From Amoebophrya sp. A120 (taxonomy: Eukaryota > Protista > Dinoflagellata), in the NCBI GenBank assembly GCA_905178155.1, contig CAJINV010000007.1, forward strand, positions 4,048,265-4,112,264: a stretch of 64,000 bases of DNA. Reading direction: 5' to 3'. Every line of letters begins with the position of its first letter. Position 1 is the stretch's first letter. This document shows, piece after piece, positions 37,144 to 50,285 of the stretch. A model generated the notes under the pieces. The model made no database searches and was not told the origin of the DNA. It saw nothing but the letters and a program-made list of their open reading frames with translations. Made by a program: the position numbers and the translations under genes.

Positions 37144-38156
37144 ATCGTAGGTAAGATGAACGACCAGGCTTCGATTGGAACGAACCGTGGAAAGTTGAAG
37201 AGTGTCAGCGCGTTCATTCGGATACCGACTACAACAAGAAGTAGACGGAAGAAATAGAAAACAAAGGCTTGACTTCAAAAGACAAGAAACGACTTGGATT
37301 TCTTCACTCCACCAATTTAGATAGAAGGGACGTCGAGATGTAGTTGCTGTCGCCTAGCAGGTGCGAGGAAGCGCACTCACTTCGGAGTTATTTTTCGGGC
37401 TGGAGCGTGTAATGCGTACTTGGAGACTTTTTACTTCTTGACTGATTTTGCATATGTTGAGCGTGAAAGAAACCACCTCCTGGTCCTGGGGATGCACACC
37501 CTTACTTTTGCTGTCATCCGTCTCGTTGTCGCGAGGAACTCAAATAATCAGACTCGCTTGGAGGTACTATTTGTCTTCCTTCAATCAGAGGAAAGCGCTG
37601 TCGGATGAAACGGCTCGCTTTCATTTTTTCATCAGCTAGTTTCTGTTTGATGTTCGTTGTCTATCTTCCCTTCTCATGGAGGGAAGCTAAGAATTGATGC
37701 ATAGCACCGAATTGAGGATATCGACCGCTTTTCTGGGTGAACGTGAAAGGGAAAGCAATGATGAAGCTGATAAATGCGCCGAGAAGAATGATAGTTGTAG
37801 ACTGAGGCTGCAGCTGGTGGCATAAGTGAAGCGTGAGATGAATGCGTTGGATTCTCGAGCGGCATAGGAGATCCCTTTTCTGCTTGAGCGACTGCAGCAT
37901 CAGCATGCTTCCATGTGTAAAACATGTATGTTGTGCAAGAAGTGTTGCCCGGAGGTTCATCTTGTAGCACGAGCAACCGCATCAAGTGGTGCCTACTAGC
38001 ATTCGTGTCAAGGAAGCGCATAATTGATTAGGTGGTAGAAGTTGAAGTAGGAGTAGATCGACTGAATTCGACGTGACTCAATTCCTTTCACATTTGAAGA
38101 CCACCTAGAAACGCTTGACTAGTTTTGCTTCTGCTAGGAATCAAAACCACCACAAA

Positions 38157-39525
38157 ATGGCGTCGAACAACAAAACGTCCAAGTTCCGGATGGACACCGG
38201 GATGGACGCCTTTAAGGCGATCACCGGCAAGGAGCGGAGTTACCGCACGGACACCGAGCACGAGCGAACTTCCTGTGCGAACGCCGGCGGCGAGAATTGG
38301 GGCACGGGGTTTCAGAACCAAATGAACGATTTGTTGGTGGACGACGTCATGCAGCTGGCGATAAACGACAAGTTCAAAGAGGGGGAAAAGATGATGAAGG
38401 GCGCCGAAGACGACGGCGAGGAGGATGCGGGGTAAAAAGTCAACACTGCGGTCGTGCAGATAATCTATAGCTATCAATTTCTCCTGATAAAAAAAGTTTT
38501 TCTTGTGCCAACTCGCGACTGGCAGGGTACCTGTATTTGTGCAAGATTGTGAGGAAGTAGAAGAACCAGGCTGCTATTGCAAATAGCACCACACTGCAAC
38601 TTAAAATCAAAAACAGTGTCGGAAAGGAAAAGGAGGAGCATGAAGACCAGCACGACGGAAAGGCAATAGACGATGATGGTATAGTACGTAGAATTTCATC
38701 GAAGAACTGTTGTTAGAACAGCGACAAGAAAACATGATCGCTCATGCATGTTGATGTTGCCATCCAACGATGCTTGAGCTTGGTGCGGGTCCTGTTGTGC
38801 TTAGTGCCAAATCAATGAAAAAGATCGACGGAATTCTTAAACTTTCAACATCATATCAGACCTCGACGCCATCCGCCAGAGGAGGTTAGAGAAGATGAGG
38901 GAGCAGCACAGAAAAAAGCAGGAATACAAAGCGCAGGGACACGGTGAATACACGGAAATCAAGGAGGACGAGTTTCTCACGACGGTACATTTGTTGTGCT
39001 GTGCGTTGTTCATGCTGTATGTCGAACAATCTGACCCGTGAAAAAGGTGCCATTGACGTGTATAACTGTTGCAACCATGATTTTTCTACCTGGCGCAGCT
39101 TCTGCTTCTGCATTCGCACCAGCTTCGAACAAATGCAATACTCACAAATTATTTCGCATCAAATCTATCTACCACAACGCCAGGTGACAAAGTCCCACCG
39201 TGCCATCGTGCACTTTTACCACAAGAATTTCGAGAGCTGCAAAGTGATGGACATGCACTTAACCCGGCTCTCGAAGAAGTTTCTCGGCACAAAATTCGCC
39301 TACCTCGAAGCGGAAAAGGCGCCGTTTTTTGTCAGCAAACTCGCAATACAGACCATCCCCTCGGTGTGTCTGTTCGTGGACGGAAAACTGGTCTTCAAGC
39401 AGCTCGGGTTTCAGAGGATAGATGGCGGGGAAAAGAACGAAATCAAGACCGGACACTTGGCGCGCGTGTTTCGTGAACACGAACTGATTGAAGAAGACTT
39501 TGATTCCGAGGATGAAATTTCGTAA
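38157..39525 (+). CDS. TXNDC9: Phosducin-like protein 3 / thioredoxin-domain protein 9; 4 exons
   Basis: DLDAIRQRRLEKMR...GHGEYTEIKEDEFL...VHFYHKNFESCKVMDMHL...AEKAPFFVSKLAIQTIPSV. GT-AG introns 38432-38616, 38679-38859, 38985-39183. Confidence 0.9.
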
Positions 39526-40234
39526 ACTCGACTTGTTGTGCGGGAACAACCACGATGCGTCCTATTTCTTAGGCCATTGACCACCGCTGTGAACAACGAC
39601 TTCAAATCATACAGCTACCGATGTTTAGGCTTGTGAGGTAGACGTAGGATTTCTGTACAGATGTCGTCCGACGGTCGAGGAGTAAAGGTGAAGTCTTTCG
39701 TTAGTACAACTTACTTCAAAATACCGATCCGAATATTTTGTTCAACCTCAGTGCTGGGTGGTCTGAGTGCCAAATTCCTTTCATGCTTCGTTCTCGTGCT
39801 ATACACCATCGATCGTTCTTCATCGAAGGTGTATCAGCACCGTATTCGTTTTCGTACTACATGGGGGCTGCGTCATTCATCTGTTGAAGAAATCCATGTG
39901 TTTCTTTTCTGTGTCCAAAACCGACTCTGTCGTCATCCTAATCGACAAAATTTCGTCCAGCTTCGGGTGGGTGGGAGTACCTAAGTGTCGTCGCAATTGC
40001 ATATTACCTAGAAATCAAAAAGTACTTATCCACGTACTACACACGTCAGTATTGTGTATCGATGATCTCTATTCTTGGTCTACAGTCACCGCATGATTCG
40101 TCACCGGAGTCAAGTCATTGAAGTTACGGCTTTTGTGCTCCTCGGAAGAACGTCGAAATAAATTATGACCGAATCATCTCTTGTATACAGAAACGAAGTG
40201 CGTTTTTTTGAAAAGCCAAAGAACCTCGCCCAAC

Positions 40235-40824
40235 ATGGTTGAGCCTGCCTACGTTAATTGGAAAAAGGTGTACGACACCATGTATTTCCGGACCTCTTAC
40301 GACCGCGCGATGGGTACCGAGCCGCGGTTCTACGGGGAGCCTGTGATCGGTCACATGCAGGCAAAGGTTGCGGCCACGCGACGAACCCACTTTGCGAAGG
40401 TACTACAGGCGTTGTAACTTCTTGGCTACAATGACGAGCATGCGGATCATCTGTAAGTAAGGATGAAGTTGCTGCCTTGTCATGCATGCACAAATAATTT
40501 TAATTATAATAAACCATCAACGTTAAAAATCCACTGTCTACTCACAATCAACCGCATAGTAAGTACCCAACGAACATCATCAGCATCAAACATTATTACT
40601 ATCAGAAGCAATTTTTCCCGAAGTGCCACTCGTTTCCGAAGTTCTGCACGTGGCGTGACGTCGACGAGGCGCGAGCGAAGAAGCAGCCGCAGCCACAGTA
40701 TTTCGGCACGGACAACGTGATTCTCACGAAAGCAAACTACGAGCCGTCGTACGGCCACGCACGGCTGCCAAAGGGCTTCTTCACGAGCAAGTCCGCCTTC
40801 AACTTGTACCCGAATCCGAAGTAA
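40235..40824 (+). CDS. Small basic protein of unknown function; 2 exons
   Basis: MVEPAYVNWKK...THFAK|CHSFPKFCTWRDVDEAR...NLYPNPK* via GT-AG intron 40400-40623. GC-rich third codon positions like neighbouring exons. Confidence 0.6.
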
Positions 40825-42304
40825 GACAGGAAGTGCATACATGGAAGACGAAGAGGAGGAGAAGTTGAAGGACTCAGAGAAAGAAGAAGGAGGTTACTTA
40901 GCGTAGGTGGACCTGAGAAGATGTAAGAAAGGTTCTTGGTGGATGAGCAGAAGATGATGACGTGAGTAAGAATAGGCTGTATTGTACAGATCGAGCTGTT
41001 GTATATTTTCTTGAATCTGCTACGTATGTAAGTATGCGTGTCCATGCACATGCTCATGCTGTTGATTGATGCAAAACTCTTACACTGGTTCACTTAATAA
41101 CTCGTGATTCATGACACTCACCATGAAAACTGCTGTCCCCTTTTGCAGTTGTAGTTGTTGTCATACTTTCTACAGCCACGCTTTGATAATTCCAAAATGA
41201 AAACAAAAAGAGATAAAAGAGCTTGAGATCCTCGGGCTTCTTCTTGTTTGACGATACAAGAATGTTGATGCTCATGCTGTGTACTACCTTTGCAACTTTT
41301 GAAGACCACGCTTTTGTGCATGTGGACAGAACGTTACCGTTGAGCTGTACTGAACTTGTTCTACTGTTGACGGCACTTCTTCTACACCAGAAAGTCGTAT
41401 AGAAAAACTGTTCTTGGTTCTTCTGTCTTCGATTCTGTTTCCTCTCGTGCTAGTGATCGTTCCGTGATGCGGAGATATCGTCGCCGGGCGATCAAGAGCA
41501 GGCCCGTCTTTCTTCAATGTTGATGCATGCAGGCACGAAATATATCGTCGAAGGGGGGAGATCGAGATGAGAGTTTTCGCATGTTGGCACGACCGAAAGA
41601 GAGAGGGACAGTGAATGTTGCCGTTTTCGAGCTATCGTCGGAGCGGGAGGCGTACTGCTACAAGAGTGACTTACATCCTCGACAGTAGAAGAAAGTCGCA
41701 GCAGCTTCTCTGCCGAGCAAAACTTGCTTATAGAAGCTGCAGCCTGCAGACATCACATCACGATGTAAAACTTCATGTCGTGTAGGGGACGACCATTGAT
41801 TCTTGTCGTGCTTGTAGTCCTACGGTCAACATCAAACTCGCTGGATGCATCAACGAGATATTTATAACGGATGAGATGGCAACAAGGTCTCCTTACCGGT
41901 CATTCGTCGCCGGACGCCCACCAATTTGATGTGCACCCTCAGCGTTGGCCAGCGCAGTGAAGAAGGGACCACCGGACGCCTGAAATAGACGCGTGAGAAC
42001 GCGAGGGCAGCTCCTGTGTTCTTGCACCGGGCCTGAGGCCAAGAACCAGGCGTCCCGCGCAGTGGTGGAGAAAAGTTTTCAGCATCAAAGAGGAGCAGCA
42101 GGCGGATCTTCATCTTCTCAACAAAAAAGAAAACAACCGTGCCGCCTGTCTCACCTGGTTTTTTACCTCATACGCGCGAGGTCCGGTTGCTTCGCGGCAA
42201 AAAAACCAGATATACTTATAAAGCAACCACGAGCTGTTACGGAGACTTCTGCGAGGACCAGAACACTGACATCTCGTGAATCTATCTGAAAAAAATCGAT
42301 CAGG

Positions 42305-45300
42305 ATGATCGACATCGCGATGGACGAGGAGCGGCTCTGGTCCGCGAAGATTTTGGGGACGTCCACCCGGGACAAGCCCCAGGCGCAGCAAGCAACGTAT
42401 TCCGACGACGTACCGACGTTGCGGGAAGAGAACCGCGAGTTGAAACGGTTGCTGCGCGACCTGGTCCACTTCGACATCAGCCGGGGAATCGTCCCGGCGG
42501 CCGGCACGGCGAAAGCGGTGAACGGTCCAGACGTGAAGGTGGACAAGTCGAACATAAGTAAAGACGTGAAAAACAACGGCTTCTACGAGTTACCCCTGCC
42601 CATACAGGCGGAGTTCATGCTGCTCGACATGCAAAAGAGGTTCAACGAGGCGTCCACCTACGTGCGAAAGAATTGCGTGATCATGGAGCCAACCTCAACA
42701 TCCGCTGGTGGCGGCGCTGCGGGAGCGGAAAAGGAAAAGAAGTCGACGACAAATCAAACGGTTGATGTGGTGAAGAAGGTGATAAGCACAGCGCCGGAGG
42801 GGGTCGGGATCTACCGGAAGTTTCAGTACGACGCTCTGGACTTGACAAGATTCGACTGGACCAAGACAAAGATGGAGAAGAAAAAACAAATCGAGTCGCT
42901 CGATGGTACAACTCTGTTGCAGTACTAGACGATAATTTTATTTTATGTACTGTGTGGCTTATTTGTCATCGTCATGCAAGCTTATTAACGCATTGTAGCT
43001 GTAGTTATGCTTATGGTATCGCAAATTACCAAACAACTTCAGATGTCCTCGGGCAACTCTCAACGGATTTGAAGGATCACGCAGAAACGAATTCCGAACT
43101 AACGAGGGTGAGAAGGTCGATCAATCGGAAGATTTCAAAGCAGCAGAAGGAGGGGTTGCAGTGGAAAAACACCAAGGAGGAAATGAACAAACATTTATCC
43201 ATATTAGAACACTGCTACGAGTACATTTCCAATCCGAGTTACAACTTCATCCGCGAGGGATCGTCGGAGGCCTACGTTCCGCAAATCATTCGGGGGATGA
43301 AAACCACAATATCGGAATTAATGCGACAAAACCGAGAGCTGGAGCTGAAATTAGCCTTTGCGGACCGACAGAAGAAAAAACACGTCACGAAAATAAAATG
43401 TAACTACACTGAAGATAGGTTTTTATTTGGATTTTTTTTCGATGTGTCTAGTACTGATTCTGATAATAGTACCTGCTTCTCTGGGCGTGGTACGAACTGT
43501 TGTCAGCTGAATCTTCCATCATTCTATGATACGTGAGCCCCTGCTGCTCCTGCACTTCTACCAAAAAAGAGCGAAAATAACCTACTTTTCAGCTCTATAC
43601 GAGGACGTTGTCCGAGGCTCGAGTTCCTCCATCGACCCCGATCGAGAGCAACAGCTCCAGCAATCCTCGGTTCTAGCGCAGCAAGAAGACAACTTGTCAA
43701 CAAGTGCCGGGGGTGGCTCGACATCGAGCAGCAGTTCTTCTTCCAGCACCTCCGACGGGCCTACTGGGTCAACGAGTAGCAAAAAATTCTCCTTCAACCT
43801 GGACGAGTGCATTTGGCCGGGATCGAGCAGTTGGCGCGGGCCGAACCTGGACAAATTAGAGCAGTACGTGCCGATAACGAGACCGAACGCGAGGGGGAAG
43901 CCTGTGCAGTTTTTGCACTTCCTGCTCGCTTGCAACGGGCACTTTCCGTTTGAGTACCTGTTCGCCGTCACGAAGGAGGATTTGAAGAGCTGCATCAACT
44001 TCCTCGGCTGCGAGTACGTAGAGAACGTTCTCAGGACGAAAGGGCTGGAGTGCGCGTACCAGAACTTACAGGTGCAATACATAGAAAATTAGTGGCTCTC
44101 AACTGCTGGCTCTTTGTCTTTCGCTGGTTGATGACATAAGCATTTGGTTTTCAACAATAAAACCAACGCTAACTTCTATGCAGCCCCCTCCATGACTACT
44201 TCAAAAAGAAAATCAGGAGTGCCACGGTTTGAGATCTTCGTCAACATCACTCGTTAATCTCAAAAAATAAACTGTCGTTTATCTTCTAACTATTGTTCTC
44301 AAGGCTATTAGACCTCAATCTGTATCATATTCCAGGAAACGCGCTTCCTCACGGACATAAACGCCGCAGTCCGGTATCTCGTCGCCTCCATATCGTGCGT
44401 CCTCCGCTGTGACCGGGCGAGCTACTGGATCGTGGATACAAACCGGGGCTTTGCGTGGACAAAATCCGCCGGCGGTGCGGGAATGGACGAGATCTGCATT
44501 CCCTTGGACGTGGGTCTCATCGGGGAGGCAATAGCACAGCAACGAGCCGTCAACGTGGCCGATGCGTACATGCATCCCAAGTTCAATAAGGCAATCGACA
44601 TGAGGACTGGGTAATGCTGCTTTTTTTGTAAAGATTTTTTCTCCTTATCCTAAGTAATCCTTCCTCGACGGAAGTAGACCTGCGTCACACTAAGAATTAT
44701 GACTACCAAAAAATCATCAGCCATCTCGCTCCCCCCCAACAAGATGTAGATGAGCTGCAGTGAGTCGGTTGATGCATTTTATCAGGTACCGCACCCGGTC
44801 CGTGCTGTGCGTGCCGATCATCGTGAAGGGGAAAACTGTCGCGGTAATTCAGGCCATCAACAAGCTCTCTACGATGACGGAGAATTTGAACGGCAACCCG
44901 ATCTTCGACGAACGGGACGTGTTTATGCTACACGTGCTGGGCTACGGAATGACGGACGTGGTGTTGTCCTGCGAGGAAATAGAGCTCGACACGCAGATTA
45001 TTGTAAGGAAAGATCCCCCCTCTCCGTATCGAAAAGGTATGTGTCCGAAAATTTGTGTTGCTGATTTGAGGCCACGAATCGTGTCTGTCTTGCAAGAAGA
45101 CAAGCGCCGAGGCTTCGTGGCCAATATGGAAGCGATTTGGCATGCTGTTGCGCCTAGGGGACAGCCGTTTGCAGTGCTAAGCAGCTAGACCCGAGCCGAG
45201 CGCCCCTACTTAGGCCGAGGATCTGGCTACGCTGCCTTACTGCAAGACAAATCGGATTTGTGTGCGCAAATCTAGCATCAGAAGTTTCGTTTTGATATGG

Positions 45301-48300
45301 AGAGGGGCGGGGATTTTTCCTGTTGATACAGATCAACCGAAGGAAGGACCTGCTGATAGCCGCGACCGGGGACTTGTTTCTGCACTGCCACCAAAAGTCG
45401 GACCTGTTACTCATGCTGAACAAATACCTCGCGAACCTGTTTCGGGCGAAGCACGCGACCATCATACTGCTCTATTACGACCACATGGCAAGGTTGGAGA
45501 GAGACGAATCAGTATGAAACGGAAGCTTCTTGTTTGTGTTTTCCATCGCGCTAGAAGCGCGCCCATCTCGGATGCAGCTTTTTGTCATGAAATGCTATGC
45601 AAGATGCATAAAATACATTCTTAGTCAGCGTTTTTTCCACGAAGTATGTAGATGGAATTTTGTTCCCTTGTGTTGAATCTATTTCCTAAATAAAATCGCA
45701 AAACTGGTGAGCACGACAACATCCGAAAATGGGCAGCACTAGCGCTTCCTTTCCGTTGGATACTGTGGCGACATGGTGGAGAAAGTGTGCCTGGACAAAA
45801 CAGCAGGTGAATATGCTTGTCCTACGTTTCAATTTGAGCTAGAATCTGGTAGAATTTAGTCGTAATACCACTGTGATGCTCGCCGTAATTGCTCGCGCGT
45901 AGCGCTACCTCCGGTATGACTTACGGAGTGTCCTAGAGTGACGGTGCTTGGGCGCACTTAAAACGCCGGGCTACCTCCCCAGAGCTGAGCAGCAAACGCT
46001 TGGCCCATTCGATCTGTCAAGATGGGTGAGGGTTGCAGACAGGAGGAAGTATGGTGTACTTGTAGCTGTAAAGGAGAATCCGATGAACGAATCTCACCTG
46101 AAAGAAGAAGAAAAATCAGCCGGATAAAAATAAAATTTTGGAAATTCGCGGATTTCGAAATGCGTTAAAAATAAAATTTTAAAATTCCGCGGATTTCGCG
46201 AATTTTGAAAATTTTCTGTGAAATGTGACGAGTCGGTCTTGGGGGAGAAGATGTATTGGTGTTTAAGCATCTTCCAGTATGAAATACCATGAAGAATTGA
46301 GGGTCGACAGGGAATAAAAATGAAATTTTAAAATTTGTTTGTGAAATTTTCAGAAATTACAAGCTGGGAGGCCTGATTAGACACGAAATATAGGCAAAAA
46401 AAAAGTGACGACATGCCTGAAAAGACGCGTCGGCCGCCACATCGCTTCAGATCAAACAAATTTTAACACTCAATAAAAATAAAATTTTCGATTTTCGCGG
46501 TTTTTCCAAGTTTTCATGGGTTGTGAGCGTGAAAGAGGTATTGCAGAGCGTCTCCTCCGTCGCTTTCGGTGCTTCTAGCAGCTCGCAGCGATGTCTTCTT
46601 TACCTGTACAAGCTCCACACTAAGTTAAATTTGAAGACTTTGCATGTTTTGCCCTTCGATAAAAATAAAATTTCGAAATTTCGCGGATCGCTCAGATTTC
46701 TAAGGTTGATCCAGCGCTTTCCGACCGCCGGGGGTCCAAAAGTCGTCAGGCATGTGGTAAAGTGGATGACGGCATCGGGGGAAGGCGCTGCTAATTCGCC
46801 AAAGTCGCGACTTTGGTCCCGGCCTTCCGCTAGCTCAAAATCGTAAGGTATCAAAGTGCAGTATGACATGGGGGGAAGCGTGCCTTAATCATGGAGTTTG
46901 CAACTGTTGTGTCCGGGTGAAACCCGGGCACACATAGCCCAAAATCGTGAGGGGGTAAATGGGGTATTCCCATCGGGGAAAGGCGTTGCTAATCGCCAAA
47001 TTTGCGTTTTTTGTCCTGGCCGCGGGTGGTCCAAAAGTCGTGAGGTGGCAAAGTGGATGACAGCATCGGGGGAAGGCGTTGCTAATCGCCAAATTCGCGA
47101 CTTTGGTCCTGGCCTAGTGATGGCTCAAAATCGTAAGGTATCAAAGTGCAGCATGCCATGGGGGGAAGCGGTTCTTAATCATGAAGTTTGCAACTTCTGT
47201 GGCCGGGTGACGACACCCGGGCACACATAGCCCAAAATCGTGAGGGGGGTAAATGGGGTATACCCATTGGGAAAAGGCGTTGCTAATCGCCAAATTTGCG
47301 TTTTTTGTCCCGGCCGCGGGAGGTCCAAAAATCGTAAGGTGGCAAAGTGGATGACAGCATCGGGGGAACAAGGCGCTGCTAATTCGCCAAAGTCGCGACT
47401 TTGGTCCCGGCCTTCCGCTAGCTCAAAATCGTAAGGTATCAAAGTCCAGTATGACATGGGGGGAAGCGTGTGTTAATCATGGGGTTTGCAACTGTTGTGT
47501 CCGGGTGAAACCCGGTCCCGGGCACACATAGCCCAAAATCGTGAGGGGGGTAAATGGGGTATCTCCATCGGGGAAAGGCGTTGCTAATCGCCAAATTTGC
47601 GTTTTTTGTCCCGGCCGCGGGTGGTCCAAAAGTCGTAAGGTGGCAAAGTGGATGACAGCATCGGGGGAAGGCGTTGCTAATCGCCAAATTCGCGACTTTG
47701 GTCCTGGCCTAGTGATGGCTCAAAATCGTAAGGTATCAAAGTGCAGCATGCCATGGGGGGAAGCGGTTCTTAATCATGAAGTTTGCAACTTCTGTGGCCG
47801 GGTGACGACACCCGGGCACACATAGCCCAAAATCGTGAGGGGGGTAAATGGGGTATACCCATCGGGAAAAGGCGTTGCTAATCGCCAAATTTGCGTTTTT
47901 TGTCCCGGCCGCGGGAGGTCCAAAAATCGTAAGGTGGCAAAGTGGATGACAGCATCGGGGGAAAGCGCTGCTGATCGCCAAATTCGCGATTTTGGTCCTG
48001 GCCTACTGATGGCTCAAAGTCGTAAGGTGTCAAAGTAGAGTACAACTTCGAGGAAGAGCAGAAATTGGCAATGTCTGGCCACCCGGGGGTCGTACACACC
48101 TGCGCCGAGTCGGCCGCCGCCTTCGCCAAGGACTGGCAAAGTGGGGGCCACCGCAGGCGGCCGGGCTATTTGTAGTATTCTGGGTTCTTGCACCGCTTGC
48201 GCTTGTCCATTCGCACCCTCGCTTCGGAAAGACTGGTGGTCGAAAACCGCCGGGTGGCAAAGCGGCTGACGCCAGGACGCAAAAATCTCGCTGATCATTT

Positions 48301-49068
48301 ATATTTCGGCGCATTTATTTCAATTTCTGCGAATAAGGCTTCATCCTCCTGTCCTGCTCTTGACAAGTACTTAGAAGCAGTGTAGATACCTCCACAATCC
48401 ACTACCTCTGATCGGTTCAGGTATGGCCGGCCTGTGTGTGCAGCAGCGCACCAGCCTCCACTGCGGGAACATTAAGGAGGACCCGCGCTATCGACCAGAT
48501 CTGATCGACCTCAACGTCGGCGAGCTGAAGGACGATTCTGACAAGCACGGCACCACCGTGGCGCTGCACAGCTGGCCCCTGTACCGAGGGAGACTGCTCT
48601 CTGCGGTGGTGCAGTGGAGCTGCGAGCAGAGGTCACGGGTCGACTTCGGGGACGATGGCAGCTTCAACGATCAGTCCAACCGACACGCAGACTTACTGCA
48701 CAAAATGCTCATCTTGATACAGGTACTCTTCTAGAACTTCTAGATGTTTCATCACGCTTAGTTTAAGTATTCAGGATTCGCATTCGAAATAAGAATAACC
48801 GTCACCGCCCGGGTGTGTAGCGGATAGCGTAGAGCATCACAACCAAGTATTTTCTCATTCGCTCGAAATAAAATTCAATTATCAGGTCTACCTCGAGCTG
48901 TGGTATCCGACCCTCGAGCGTTTGCAGAGTGGCATCCAGAAACGGGCAAAGCGAGGCTTAAAGTTAGCCAAGATCATGAATATTGCGAAGGGCACGCAGG
49001 CGAAGAACAATTCCCTCCTGGCTGCGCTGGGAAACAAGAAGAAAACGGCGTCGTTTGTCAAGGAGTGA
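42305..49068 (+). CDS. Double GAF-domain protein; ~9 exons
   Basis: CDRASYWIVD...GLIGEAIAQQRAVNVADAYMHPKFNKAIDMRTG|YRTRSVLCVPI...AVIQAINK...FDERD; second GAF G|MAGLCVQQRTSLHCGNIKEDPRY. GT-AG introns 42906-43042, 43400-43592, 44072-44335, 44611-44785, 45512-45742, 45807-48420, 48723-48885; non-canonical intron at 44999. Confidence 0.8.
44999..45328 (+). mobile_element. Introner-like intron (TAT...ATA, TSD CAGAT)
   Basis: aggaaagatcccccctctccgtatcgaaa vs reverse complement aggaaaaatccccgcccctctccatatcaaa. CAGAT at 44994-44998/45329-45333. Removing 335 nt gives TQINRRKDLL. Confidence 0.9.
46124..46690. repeat. Five dispersed copies of ATAAAAATAAAATTTT..AAATTCGCGGATTT-like motif
   Basis: Copies start near 46124, 46165, 46314, 46473 and 46659, separated by non-repetitive sequence. 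Confidence 0.7.
46730..48036. repeat. Hierarchical tandem repeat (~98-bp monomers, ~295-bp trimers, ~595-bp higher-order unit) inside an intron
   Basis: Anchor caaaa(a/g)TCGTnagg at 46743, 46841, 46945, 47038, 47131, 47238, 47332, 47429, 47539, 47633, 47726, 47833, 47927, 48020. Confidence 0.92.
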
Positions 49069-50285
49069 ATGTGAAAGAAAGTGCTGGTGCTAGTGGGCGC
49101 AAGCTTGACAACGTCAACGTGACAGGAATGGCGCCGCTGTGCATCATCCAGCTTCACAAATTTCATACTCCTTTTTCTTTCTATATCAACTTTATCAACA
49201 GTAATGCAAAACTCTATCTTTACGTAATTGCAACTTTATCAAATGAAATTAACAAAGCTTAAGGTCGGCGGTCGATCTGATCGATGAGATGACGAAGAGC
49301 TATCAGGAACCAGAAGTGATATCCCAAAATGTAACTCAATGAGCCTGTAAAAAGAACTGAACACAACTGTACAAAAAGCTACTTAAACCTTTTCATGCCC
49401 TACGTCCTCAGAATGCAAGTCCTACAGTCCGCAAGGGTAAAGCTTTACACCCGCCGCGTGATACGAAAAACCTGAGTAATAGGTACACTGAGCTGTATTC
49501 AGATTACCGCGAAGGCAAAAATGAAAATCTTTTTCCTTTCAAATGCAACCCTCATTTGCAAAAATCCTGTTTGATGCAGAACCAGTGATGGCTGGTGCTC
49601 GCGAAAGTAGTAAGTTACTTGCGGTTCATCGACGGTGCCCGCGGCTCTGATGAGTGTCTTTACAGAAATGAACCGTCAAGTACAGCAAGCCCATCAAGAG
49701 TGCTCTGAGATAAAGATGGCTTGCTGAGAAAGCTCTACAAAAAAAGCTTCACCTTATGCAGCAACCTGGATGAAAAGGAAGAAATTAATGTGTTCAGTCG
49801 ACGCCAGATGCGCCGTTCTGAAAAGCAACTGTCACTAGCTCAGGTAGTCACAGCACAATGTACACACCAGAATTATTCCTGTCGTCCCAAAATTGACACT
49901 CTCACCAAGAACACCGCATGGTAGCTCAGACCAAGATCTCGAGTCTCTTTTCAACACAACAATCACAGGCACATAGAGGAATACCTAGCTTGTTTTCGGA
50001 AAAAAATTCAGAAGTTACTACGACCATCGTGGAGCCCCATCCCAGAAAGTTTTGGCGACTTCTACCCCCCCATTCCTAATCTCAAAAAATTCTTAGCTAC
50101 AACTTAGCAAGTTCGAGAATAAAGTTGAAGACAAAAGTATATATTGTTCGAGAGAAGTGTAGAACTACAAACTAGAAGCCACGAGGACAAACAACAGGAC
50201 CTCGTGTTGCAGTAATATGAAGCTCGTTGGTCGTATTTAAATACTTAACTTTATTTCGTACTAGAACCGCGACAAAAAAAAAGCC

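Noticed and set aside
37144-37235. Hairpin after the Prx stop as SECIS
   Set aside because: ATGA is fully Watson-Crick paired (atgaacg/cgttcat), with no GA quartet or apical AA at the right distance.
43389-43592. 9-bp direct repeat CGAAAATAA suggesting a non-canonical intron
   Set aside because: A simple in-frame GT-AG intron 43400-43592 explains the join.
46124-48036. CRISPR array
   Set aside because: Eukaryotic context, no cas genes, degenerate repeats, irregular or repetitive spacers.
46523-48314. Repeated ORFs such as MRGVNGVYPSGKGVANRQICVFCPGRG in the satellite
   Set aside because: By-products of the tandem repeat. Indels break frames between copies and the region lies within a GT-AG intron joining two halves of a GAF domain.
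45807-48420. TIRs, TSD or Helitron ends for the large intronic insert
   Set aside because: No matching termini found by eye, so it is not annotated as a defined mobile element.
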